Assembly: GCA_012295275.1 (NCBI GenBank)
Contig: CM022672.1
Location: 10,354,001-10,418,000 of the forward strand
Length of the DNA stretch: 64,000 nt
Source of the DNA: Chrysomallon squamiferum
Lineage: Eukaryota; Animalia; Mollusca
Direction of reading: 5' to 3'
The translations under genes were made by a program, and so were the position numbers. The notes beneath the pieces are model-generated. The model saw only the letters and a program-made list of their open reading frames with translations, was not told where the DNA came from and did no database searches. Positions 42,971-55,184 of the stretch are shown one piece after another (position 1 is the first letter of the stretch; each line of letters opens with the position of its first letter).

Positions 42971-44089
42971 TTTGATATATAATAATGACTAAAGTTGCTG
43001 TTGATTCACTGGCTGAGTGAGATTGGTTAGAAGGCTTGCCCATGCCAGGCATGCTAGATAACGGTTTTCTCTGATTAGAACATCACTTGCTAGCATACTT
43101 TAATGTGTTAATTTACAAAAGAATTAGAAACATTTAAAGATACCTATATACATTTTTATTTGATTTAAAGTACAATTTATTTTATTGAAAGTAGTAGCAC
43201 TGAATGTTTTATATGCATTTTCTTAAAAAATTGGATGATACATTTCATTCCTCTGATATACCATTTGTTGAGCATTGGGCAGAATGGGAATTACAGCTGT
43301 AAAGTTATGTTAAATTACAGTGTTAATGACAACTGAATTTTGAAAAAGTATCAGAAATATTTTTTTTTAAACATCATTTCTCTAAAAATATTTTGATAAA
43401 ATATAAAAAATATTTAATAATAACAATTATTTTATTTTTATTTTTAAAAAAAATCAGTATTGTTATGAAAATAAGTCCTTGGTTTGCAGCTAAGTGCAAA
43501 GAAAGTACTGGTATGTTATTGGTTAATATTAAACAACAAGAAAGATACAAAAATATGCAGTATTTATATTTATAATCTGTTGTCAGTAATCCAGAGTAGT
43601 GAAAGGTATGTCTAATATATCAAAATACCTTGCAAGAAATTTTAATTTTAATTTTAATTTTTTTTTTAATAAAACTGATAAACATGAAATCCGTCATGAT
43701 TTGCCCAGAAAAAAAAAGTCCTTCCTGATTATATTTTCATCCAACAGTCAAAAGAGTACTAAAACTATGTTAATTAAAATTCTGTTCTATTTGCCAGAAG
43801 GATAAAATAAGTACTAACGATAATATTGTATAATAATTTTTACTCCTCAGTTTGAATAGGCCTAAATAAAATTAATAAATTTTAACAAATAGCACAGAAT
43901 TTCATCTTAATAAAAAATTGTTGTTAGGAAAATAATAAAAACAGTTTATGATAATATTGAACTATAATTCTTATTATAATTAAAAAAAAAAAAACCCGCT
44001 GAATATATAAATATAATCTGTAAAGGAAGAAGATCCCTTACTAATATATTTTATTTAAAATATGGGATTGAACATGTTCTATTTAAGAT

Positions 44090-44250
44090 GGTACAGCTTT
44101 AAGGATACAGTTAAGAACTATTCAGATAGCAAGTAAAGAAACTTGTTGAAGCCATTTTCTGAACTGCTCCATCCAGTTAGCAGCAAATAATCTTTTATAT
44201 GCACCTTTGCACATACAGGATCATACACACCACAACCTTGATTACACCAG
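44090..44250 (-). mobile_element. Decayed SINE (Meta/MESC-like core)
   Basis: ttagcagcaaataatcttttatatgcacc...acaggatcatacacaccacaaccttgattacaccag is the antisense of the core ctggtgtaa.caaagg...gtggt...tcctgt...gtgcatataaaagat...ttgctgctaa. Confidence 0.65.
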
Positions 44251-45268
44251 AACCTAACACATCATGACAAGGCACAATAGTGATAAATATAATTGTGATT
44301 TTAAAACTCCCAAGTTGCAACTCCAAGCACTACATTTATCATCGAAACAGCAAAGGGTTTAAAATGCCAGACAGACTATTTATTTCATTCTACAAAAATG
44401 ATACCTGATAGGATTTTAAATGTTTTATTTTTTTTATTTTTTTTAAATTTCTTAAATTTCACACTTCATACCATAGTGTTAAAAAATAACGACATGGATC
44501 ATGTATGTATGTAGTTAGCTTTACTCAGTCCATTTTTTTTTTTTTTTTCTACTTATATCCAAGTTTCAGTTTTACTGTCCCTCACAATTTATTTGTTTTT
44601 ATTTAAAATACATTACTGTTGTTGTTACTTGTTGGAATGTTTTAGAACTGGAAAAGAAAAAAACATCTTTAAAAAAAATTATAAAAACATTCTGTATATA
44701 TACAATACAGCATGTAATACAAAACATGACCACAAAATAGTTGTGTCTGATTCAGAAAAAATGTTTAAAGGTCACTTCAGGGATGCTGACCTGTCCATTG
44801 TCCTGTTACAGATAGCTACAGGCCAGTGAACTACATGCTTTCACATCACTGAACATCACTAAACTAGTTTATATATCTCCACTGCTGTGCTCAGTAAAGC
44901 TATCTGTTACTACTGCAATACATCACCAGCAGTAATGTGTGTGTCTACTCAGTCTGTACAGCTTGGAGGTCACAATGAATGACATATCTCATATCAGTGG
45001 AGATAGCAAATAATTGTTAGTTCATTTATAACTCGATTTGGTTTAAATATGATATACATGAATAAGTGTTGAATTAACATACATATTAAAATACAATTAC
45101 AGTGGACTTGGTCAAAAACCGGATTCGTTTGGGGACAATGTAGGCAGTTTTAGACAGAGTGCTGGTTTATAAAGATTAAAATGACATGAATTGGAATATG
45201 TTTTATTACAAATGTTAAATGTCTATAAAGTGTCAGCTTACAAATAGTCTATCACTGATGGCTGCATG

Positions 45269-45300
<32 letters not shown>

Positions 45301-47172
45301 CTTTTTTTTTTTTTATTATTTCTCTCCAAAGCAAACTCCTCTGTCCTATGCAAAAGTCTGCTTTTGATAGTAGCAGCAAAAGATTTAATTTGTTTTATCA
45401 TTTTAAGAATGTCAGCATCATTGTGTATATTCAGATTTTTGAGTTTATTGGTTTCATACATTTGGTCACTGCATTTTAACATGTCAAATACTGTCTATAG
45501 TTATATTTAAAACAGCATAACCAGGGTTCAGGTGGTGGGTTGACATGAGCAAAATATTCACCCTTTTTATGTTAAATTTTGTTTTACTTTTAACCTATGG
45601 CAAAGTCTAAGTCTTTTGAAAATATATCACTTGGAAGTTGAAATCAAGACCTCATTTTGCCTTCACTTTGTGCTGTGAACTCACTTTGCATTCAGCCAGC
45701 AGACTGTATGAATAGCTGCAAAAAGGGATTCTTTTACTGTTGTGATTACATTTTTTTTAACCTTGTATACAAATAAAGTTAATTACGATGGACCTGTACA
45801 TGTAAAGATTACAGTTAACAAACCAACTTAAGTCGAGGTCTGAGACTTGAGAAAGCAGGCTGCAAGTATTCGTAAACAAGCATAAGAATAAAACTTGTAT
45901 TAAATAATTTTATCACTTATGGCATCAGCCTGTGTACAATATTATATGTTTAAATTTCGGTTATGTCATATTGTCTCATTTCACATTCACTAAACCTCAC
46001 TTCACTCTAAGGTGTCTACCCTGCATAGCTAAATCTTTCTGTTTTACGCAGTGGATTTGATGAAAACTGTTAATTTTTATTTAGAGAGTTTGATACGTTG
46101 CCATTTTTTTAGGCTGCTCTGCCATTACAATGAATTTAATAAGACAATGTAAAATGTGCACCATGCATATTTATGCAGACTTCTGCTTTTGACATTTTAT
46201 CAAAATGAATATATTCACTTAGGTATCAACACACTAATAATAATCTTGTTCATTTAGCTGCTAATGGTAATTACAAAAAGTATGGCATCATTGTTTATCA
46301 AGCCTTCAAAGACAAGCGATAATTTTATCTCCCATGGAAGCCTCATTTAATTATGTGCAAAATTTGCAAAATCATATGCTGATGTTGACAAAACTAATTA
46401 CTATTCAACTTGTTCTTTTGTTCTGGAATTTATACCTAAATCTGAAGTAGACAGCATCCAGATTAGTCAAGGTTTTGTTCATGATAGGTTAACTTGGTGC
46501 TAGTTTATACAGAAATCCAGATTAGTCAGAGGCTGGTTTTCACAGCATCCACTGTATGTGATATAATCAGTGTAATACCACTAAAGTGCATGTGATTTAG
46601 AAGATGAAGGTGATGGTGAATGAGTTGCCATACATTAAAAGAAAAAGTGCATATACATAATTGCATGTTAACATTCTAAAAGGTTAACTGTACACATTTT
46701 GTAATGATATTCCATCTTGCTGTGCTCATATTACTAATATTAGTCTTCATTTCTTACATCATTAAAGGAAGATTTCGATTTCTTACTGATTAATCCAGAA
46801 TTAACACACACACACACACACACACACACACGATGTATTCTGATGACCACCAGGTATCAAGCATTTTTAATACATTTTTGATATATAATATTTAAGTGAG
46901 ATGAAATTTGATGATGCTGTTCTTATTGCTGTTAATATCTTTCAACAACAACGTGTGTATCTTTACTTAAAGTGGAATATACAGATCATTGCCCTTAATC
47001 AAACAGTTGTTAATGATGGCTAGAAGTGAAATAACTCATGAAGACTGCTGAAAAGGGTTGATAATATCTGACTTTACCACCAGTCACATCCTCAAATTAG
47101 GAAAAATATTAAATATTTCACTACATTCAGTTTGTGTTGTAAGATAATTGTTTAATCCTATATGACACTAAC

Positions 47173-47208
<36 letters not shown>

Positions 47209-47894
47209 CAGAGTAAGTTAAAGGAAAAAAGGATACAAAAATGTTCATTTTGTTCAGGATAAAAAATGTTTTATTATATTTTTATTGCATTTGAAAAAAA
47301 AAAAAAAAATTATCTGACATCAGCAATATATTGAGGTTAATGAATATTGTGATTTTTTATCTAATCTTCTGGTTATTTTCAGTTTCCATAACTATTTCAG
47401 TTATATATATATATGTTTTTATTATTATTATTTTTTATTGTTATTATTAATGTCTTAAAAAAATATGGGAATTAGTTGAAATCATTTGTGCATATTCTGG
47501 GTATGCTGCACCTCCATCAAATATGGTTAATTCATGATAAAGTTTCACTCAATAATATAATATTATAATGGAAAAATAACTTCTATTCCCTGCTATGAAA
47601 TACTTTAGGTTTTTTCTGAAATATCTCTGCACACCCCATAGCTAATAGTGACACAATATGGCACAGAGCAGATGGCAAAAATATCAAATGTCAAAAGAGT
47701 AAGATTCTATCAGCAAATCCAATGACAATAACCACAATATGTCACTGGTTGAAACTAATGGTTGTTTCTTGTGCTTCTCTGCATTAGCACAATACTTAGT
47801 ACCAACCCAAATAGGTTCAGTTCTTCCTATCAGCACAGTCTTTTAATCAAAAAGTAACAATATGGTACAAATTAAGTTTTGAAACCAGTATTTA

Positions 47895-49193
47895 TACTTC
47901 ATCAAAAAGAAACAATAGACAAAATATGCAAGGAATCATCTCTTATAATATCATTATTTATGATCATATCACAGTAAAATCTGACATGAGTATGTGACAG
48001 TGTTCTTGCTATGTACTGTTGGTAGTAGAGGCATTTTCATTGAGGATTATTGCAAGAAATGCTGAAATCAGTCTCTTGTTTGGCCACCAGCAGCAGCAAT
48101 CACTGCACAGTATCTTATAGACTAAACATATCTCTGAATCCAGGCACGTGGAATTCTAGCTCATTGTTTGTGTAGTGCATGTGACAGTTGTGATAGAATC
48201 TGAGGCTCCAGGTCATGCTGACGTACACATCTGTCTAGTTCATCCCACAGGTATTCAGTGAGGTAGAGATCTGGTAGTCTTGATGACCATGGCAGCATGT
48301 TATTTGTTCCCATTCTGTAGAAAATCCATTGTCTTAAAGAGTTCTCTCTATCAGTCTAATAAATGGGAAGCATGTGAAGGCAAAGCGTTTCATGCTAGTA
48401 GCATATAGCTGTCATGTTACCATGTGCAAACCAAAGTTTATTTCCTCTGGTCTGTGAAATGGCTCACCACAGTATGATAGTCCTTCCACTGAATTTGTCA
48501 GTTTGAATGATGCAGTTCCTGGGAGAACTTTCTTTGCAGCATCTGAAAACACATTGTCATCCATCACATCACTGTAAAAGGAAACGTGACTCATCACTGA
48601 ATCATATTCACCACCAATTACCCAAGTTCCATCTCTTATACATTCATGCATCAGCAAACATATAAATGTTGAAGTTGATGCACAGGACCAACAAAGTTTG
48701 CTCCAAATGGTTTGTGCAGACACACTTTGCAAATCAGTTACGCATCCAGCAGTGGAAGTTCAGTGGCCCAAGTGCAGAACCCAGATCTTCTGCTGCACTT
48801 CTGGACCAGTCTTCAGCTGACTGAAGTGCTGGTGCCTGTCCCAAAGACACAAAATTGTGCTTTCAGGACTGCAGTTAACCTAAGCCTATTATAATATTTT
48901 GATTTGGCAGGCTTAGCCTTGTTATCTTGTGAGCCATTTACTAAAAATGGAAATGAAGCATCATGGCAAGTATTGCAGTTTTAAATACCCTTCAGTTCTG
49001 CAATCAGTTCTCTGAGTTTCTTGTGCATATGCCAAAATCTGACCATTTCATGCTAATTATCAATGATTGTCACACGACATTAACAATCAATGTCATTCAG
49101 CAGAATTGTACCAAAACAAAAAAACAGTATTTAGTAAAATGAAGCACTTTTCTTCTTTCCCTGTGACCTATGTGTTTCTTTTTTCACAGAGTA
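47895..49193 (-). mobile_element. Decayed Tc1-family DNA transposon (~1.3 kb)
   Basis: Degenerate TIRs tacttcatcaaaaagaaac (left) and gtttctttttcacagagta (right), each next to TA, enclosing a transposase relic. Confidence 0.8.
48068..49030 (-). pseudogene. Tc1 (DD34E-type) transposase pseudogene
   Basis: The minus-strand frame contains FSDESRF (48581-48601), LPWSSRLPDLYLTEYLWDEL (48236-48295; compare LPWPxxSPDLNPIEHLW) and terminal AVIAAAGGQTRD*. Many stops, and the second-Asp region is deleted. The 5' boundary is approximate. Confidence 0.9.
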
Positions 49194-49218
49194 TACACAG
49201 TATTTGTATTTGTATATT

Positions 49219-49318
49219 TGTATGTTTATGTAACGACACCCCAGCTCATAAAATAAAATTGACTAAAGGTAAAAAATAAAATTATTTAACATAAGTCGGT
49301 CTAAATAGCTGACTTACA
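49219..49318 (+). repeat. Dispersed repeat fragment, homologous to 60235-60350 (probable retroposon tail)
   Basis: taa(c/t)gacac.c.agc.ca.aaaataaaattg...aaaggtaaa...ataagtc...taaatagct.acttac is shared by both copies. Confidence 0.75.
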
Positions 49319-50865
49319 ATGTATATGTAGCTATAAAACACATACTATATTGAAACATTTATACTGTCACAAATTTATTATAAAATACAGTGACTTTTAA
49401 AAACTGTATAATAATCTATGGATGAAATCTAAACGACTGCATCATATTCTCATTAAAAAATACATTATCTTTAGTACTTCTACAGAGTCATTATAAAATC
49501 TTTGTGCAGTTATAATATTTCATGATTCCTAATTGTGATGAAAGCAATAAAGAAAGTTATCACTCAAATTTAATGAGGTTCAGCATGAACTAAGAATGAT
49601 TATAATCTCTGCATTAGAATACAGATGTGATTTAGGGCAAATCTGAAAACAAACTGCATAACATATTCGTATAACCTAGAATTGTATTTCATTTAAAAAT
49701 TAACAATCCCAGGAACAAATCTGGTTAAATTTTAATGGGCTATTCCACTTACTTTTTAAATAAATTGATATTATTTTGGATAGAATTGAAATTACAGAAA
49801 AAATACACAGGTAATTTATAATGAGCTGGTGTATTCACTTTTGCAGTAACAATGATATCATTTGTATCATCCATCTATTCTTTCTTGCATTCATTCTCAG
49901 TCATTCATTTGCTTTGACATGATAGTCTATACACTGTATTTAATGCAATGCAGTCAGTCACTTTTGTAGAATATCATATTGTCAGAAATGTTACTCAGTT
50001 TGGATTCCACTGCTACAGGGGACATTTGGATTATATTTTTACAAAGGGCAGAGACTCAGTTTTGACACAAGCCACATTCATGCATTGACATGTGCAAAGT
50101 TTTAGCTAACAATAATTTTTTATATATAAATGACTGTTGAAGTTTTATTTATGGTTATACTTGAACAAGGAGAAAAACAGGAGTTTGAAATATTTTATAA
50201 ACCACAGTAAATGATATTCAGTATTGTATTGTCTTGAATTGTTTGAAACATTCAAATTATTTGTATGTTCACCTTCCAAAGCAATTAAAGGTTGAAGGAT
50301 ATTTTTATACTTAAGAATATTTTTCTAAAGATACATGTATTGAAACACAAAAATAAAATAAAGGACATTTTTTAAAAATTGAACAAGCATTAATAAACAA
50401 CTTAAATTTGCCGTAGAAAGATAAATGATTCGAATCAGCATTAAATAAATTTTTAATTTATTGTTTATTACACTGATTTCAAGTCTTCATTTTTGAGAAA
50501 GACATTTTTAAAATAATATTTAGACTATTATCATTTACACCAATTCAAGTCTTAAATTACACACTGCAGATTAGAAAAAATAGCAAAGAAAAAATATTAA
50601 TATCTTCTTTAATGTAGTTGTTTTCATATTATTTTTCTAACTTTATTGTCAACAAGTTTTTCAAGACGAACATCACGAAATTAATATCATTCTTACACTA
50701 GGTAATAATTAATTTCATTGTCATTAAAACAAAGTAAGTTAAACATAACAAAGCATTTTAAATCATGACTTTTTTTCAACAGTGCCTTAGTAACAAGGTA
50801 GATTTACAAGTTTGGAAAAAGATTTTTTCTTCATGCATAGTATGTAATTAGTAGATGTTTATGTG

Positions 50866-51461
50866 GTTACCAGACAACGTTTTGGACAAATACCCCCTAT
50901 ACATCTACCCCATTAGGACATCTCCCCACTGGACAAGTACCCCCTTGAAAACATAGCTAGTGAAAAAGATAACATGTACTAAAAACATTGTTGGTTGTGT
51001 TTTTAGTACATTTATCTTTTTCACTAGCTATGTTGTTGTTTTGTTGGTTTTAGGGGTTTTTTTTTACTTTTTTTTTATCTGATATATTTTATTTTACATT
51101 TTACAGAGTAACAATAAAAAGGAATTATATACAAAGCAGATGTTAATCATATAGGCTAGATCTGTATATTGTGTGCAAAACCTCGTAAAAAGGCCAAGAT
51201 AGGATGGTTGTCATTGTCAGCTGCTATAGTAGATAAGCACTCACTTATGGCCTCATATTTGCCAGGTTGTGATGGATCTACTTGTATCTGGGTCAAACAA
51301 CTTCAGTGAAAGATTGCCAGATACTAGGCTCTTACATCATACTGTTTAAGATGATGCCAACCTTTTTTTTCAAAAGGCATGGGTGGGGGTGATCTAATGG
51401 ATAGATTTCCTATGTGGTAGTTGTCCAGGGTGTATTTGCCCAGCGGTATTGTCCTGATAAC
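50866..51461 (-). mobile_element. Internally deleted Mutator-like (MULE) element
   Basis: Inverted ends gttaccagacaa / ttgtcctgataac, with subterminal ggaca...cccc repeats on both sides and a transposase C-terminal relic inside. No clear TSD found. Confidence 0.7.
51156..51362 (-). pseudogene. MULE transposase C-terminal fragment
   Basis: Frameshifted GWHH...PSIW...KYEAISECLSTIAADNDNHPILAFLRGFAHNIQI*, matching the animal MULE tail pattern EGWH...HPxIW...LxFLRGIAHN (from recall). Confidence 0.75.
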
Positions 51462-52032
51462 ATATTAGGTATATATACTCTGAAGCCTGAGTTTCAGTTT
51501 AAGAAAATAATTTTTTGTGTTAAAATAAGATTATTTAAATGATATATTGGACTTTGATTTTCCTATTTAACTCTTAGGAGTAAACTGTACTAAGATGTCT
51601 TGTGATTTTGTCAGTCAGTCTTCTTTCTGTTTGAGTGAATGAATTTTAAAATGTCGATCCTCGAAGAATATTGAAACTAATTAATTCTGTGCAGTTTTGT
51701 TTACAAAATTAGCAAGTCTGGAATACAACAATGTTTCGACTCTATGATGTACTCTGCTGATAGGCATGGCAAGAATATGGAATAACATGAAACAACTGAC
51801 CCATTCAAGTAATATTCTGTAGGGCAATACTGGTAGGACATAATCATTTACAAATGTGGCTTTTAGGATAGGAAATTCTGTTCTTAAATGGAAGAATTCC
51901 ATTGTTCCTAGAGACTGAGTTTGCTCTTTATTTTTATTTTAAACTCCTAACAGCTGCAAAATGTTCATTATCTGAAAAGAAATGGTCCTTCAAAATATCT
52001 TCTTTATGTAGAAAGAGAGAGTATCACAATTA

Positions 52033-52590
52033 CCGTATATACTTGTGTACAAGGAGACCTTACGTATAAGTCGATGTGTATTTTAAGACCAAAAATTGCG
52101 TCATTTTAGGTATTACTTGTGTATAAGTTGACTGTAGATTCCAGGCACCGTCACTATTTTTAGACCAGTGTGACAGTGCCATGAAGGCCTACATTGTACG
52201 CCTACTGTAACATAACTTGCACGAGCTGTAACTTGCACGTGCAATTCAAAGTAAGATAATTTCGGAACCTCAGCAATATTTTTTTCTATCGAAACTCTGC
52301 TACAAGACACGCCCCCGATCCTATTCCTAGCGTGCTAATTGGCCGAGGCTTCGCGCATTTGGCAACCGACTAGAATAACAAATATGGCGAGAAGTTGAAC
52401 TGATTATTGTTGCAGAACGTTTATAGAAATTTAGTTTGTTTTCGATTTGTCGGTAGTGAATATTAATGACGATTGCAATATTATTTCACCAAATTCTTTA
52501 CAATTACACAAGTGAGTTTTGTTTATGACCCCCAAAATATTACCTTAATATAGTCTCCCAAAAATTCGACTTATACACAAGTATATACGA
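52033..52590. mobile_element. pogo-type MITE, 558 bp, TA TSD
   Basis: TA|ccgtatatacttgtgta ... tacacaagtatatacga|TA; subterminal tataagt(c/t)ga repeats; CpG-rich interior with a YY1-like aatatggcg. Confidence 0.85.
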
Positions 52591-53893
52591 TACTTATCAG
52601 AGGCACAGAGAAACCAACACTTTCTGGATTTTACCCATCCACCAACCCCCAACACCAGCCACTGTTTTATCCACATGTGTTCCAAAGATTCTCAATGAAA
52701 TACAATTTACCTATAATTTAATTTTATAAAATTCTTCATGTGTTATCAGCAGTTATTTTCTTTTTATCATAAACCCTCATGATCTTTCCTACCACCTGGA
52801 TATAAAACCTTTGGTCAGAGAACATTAATTCTCAGGCCATTATCTCCATTAGTATTTTTCATCTTATGACACTTGACGATGCACTGCCAAAACACGTACA
52901 CAAACAGGATCTGTCTTGTCTGGTTCAATATGGAAAGGATCTATTTCATTTTATATTTATATTTATTTTCCTTCACCCTCAGTAATCAAGTATCAACTGT
53001 AATGGAAGTTAGTGCAGTTCCAAAAATATTGCGATCCTGATACTAAAATATAGCATTTAAAAAGCAGAAACATTTTTATACGAGTCCAGCAAAGAAGAAA
53101 GGTCAGAAGAGTTTAGGAATAAATGAAAGAAAATAGACATTAGTAAATCATTGCTCAAAACTGAAAAAGCCAGAAAAACATCTGAAAGCTTTACCCATTT
53201 ACAGCTGTGACTCCATCACATACACAGTAGTATATAGGGCTGATTTTGTTTTTCCCTGAATGTAAAAATGTCATCACTACAGAAAAATGGCAGTACCCAG
53301 TTATTTGAAAACTGTACTCTTATATTACATATACGTTGGTAATAGTTGAAATCATATAATAGAAAACAAATAAAAATAATTTTGAAGTATGCATGTAGAA
53401 GACTATTTCTGTATGTCACCAAAGTTATACTTTAACTTTTAATAAGGTATCAAACATTAAAATATTTAAGACTAATCCACTAATAGTGCAGCATGATCAG
53501 TAGACAATACAAATCTGTCCATGGTATATAATACATTTGGTCTTTTCTGTATTGGAGAACAAGACCTGCAAAATAATTTTTTTGTGACAGAATAAAAAAT
53601 ATATATAAAAAATAAATATAAAAAAAATATATAAATAAATAAATGAAAAATCAAATATGATGGATAAAATATAGACTTTCAGCTTGGAAGTGTCTTCATC
53701 TTTTTAGAACAGTTGTGTTTTTACTGGATTGCATTTTGTCCCAGGCATAACAGAAATTTACCTTTAATGTAATTTTTGTCTTTGTTAATATAAAATTACT
53801 TTTATTTTGTGACTCCTTTAAGTTTATGTAGTATAAATGCATAATCCAGAAAGCAGTATATATTCAGAACTGATGGGCATATTTTTAGAATAT

Positions 53894-53929
<36 letters not shown>

Positions 53930-55110
53930 TCTAATTGGTGATTAATGTTAAAAGAAAATGAATGTTTTTCATTTAAAAAAAAAAAAGAGTCAAGAAACAG
54001 AATTTACTTGTTAGTGAATTAATGGATCAATTTTTATTTTAACAAAGTTTATTAGATTTAACAAAAACAATTTAAAAATAGAGTACATGACATTAGCTTT
54101 TCAATTACGTATTGTGAATTTATTTATCTAGTTTTGTAAATAAATTCTTTCATTTTATTTTGATATTAAACATGTATAATTGGAATAATAAATAGATGTT
54201 TTAATGGAGTCGTTCTTATTTTATCCCAAAACCAAATATTTATATCTTAATGATGGGATGCCATCCCAAAACCATTTATTTAGTGTTGACTTTGTCTCAG
54301 ACTCAAATAAATGGAGGCATAAACACCCCACAACAGTGTCCTCCTAACAAGTCTCTTCCTATGAGCTACTGTTACTAACATGTAAAAAGAGATCTTTTAT
54401 ATCTGTGACTGAGTGTGCAAGAAATCATTTGAATAATGCACAAACTTTGGATATCATGTTTACCTATTCTAAAACACAAGTACTCACTCTACCATTAGGC
54501 CTCAGACCTGACAACCAGTTGTTGTTTTTCAAAACACGCCTGATGGGCTGAGTTTTCAGTAACAGGTTAAATGGAGAGTAATTTGTCTGTGTTGATATTT
54601 ACATAACAATTTATAACAGTTTGGGTTTGATGAAGTGTAGTAAAATTTAAATAAAAAAACATTTTTTCATGTGAATTTCAACCATTTTCTCCTCAATTTT
54701 GAATCATGTATGTGAATGTGTATGTGTATATTATCATCATATGTATCTGAATGTATATATGGCTACATAAAAATTGGCATGAAAAGACATTTTTAACTGT
54801 TACTGAAATATACAGATACACTTATCCGAGAAGATAATGATTTGATGAATGGAATTATCAGATACATTTCAGTACATACATACAGTCGGTTTGTCTTATC
54901 TGCAGATATTGGATCCCCAGCAGATGAAATTTGAAATATCTAAACAAATTACTATTTCAAAAAAATAAGGAAAAAACCGTCCTTGACATGTACTGCCATC
55001 TAAGAATTTACCATCTGTTATAACACACATTTTAATTCTTTGGTTATGTTGGTATTATTATTAGTAGTAGTTTTGAAAAGGCATGTCCATTCATAAAATA
55101 TTTATATGAT

Positions 55111-55157
55111 AACTAATATTTAAAAACACCTTTTTTCTTTTTCTGTTGCAGGTAAGT
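55111..55157 (+). other. Candidate recursive splice site (ratchet point)
   Basis: CTAAT branch-like motif (55113-55117), AG-free tract ccttttttctttttctgttg, then CAG (AG 55150-55151) directly followed by GTAAGT (55152-55157). Confidence 0.65.
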
Positions 55158-55184
55158 TTCATGCTGGTCATTCTACAGCAGTCT

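Noticed and set aside
48412-48732. 106-aa minus-strand ORF with complex sequence
   Set aside because: It is an off-frame reading of the Tc1 pseudogene; the real transposase motifs are in another, stop-ridden frame.
55037-55050. TCTTTGGTTAT resembles the start of miR-9
   Set aside because: The match stops at 11 nt and there is no hairpin.
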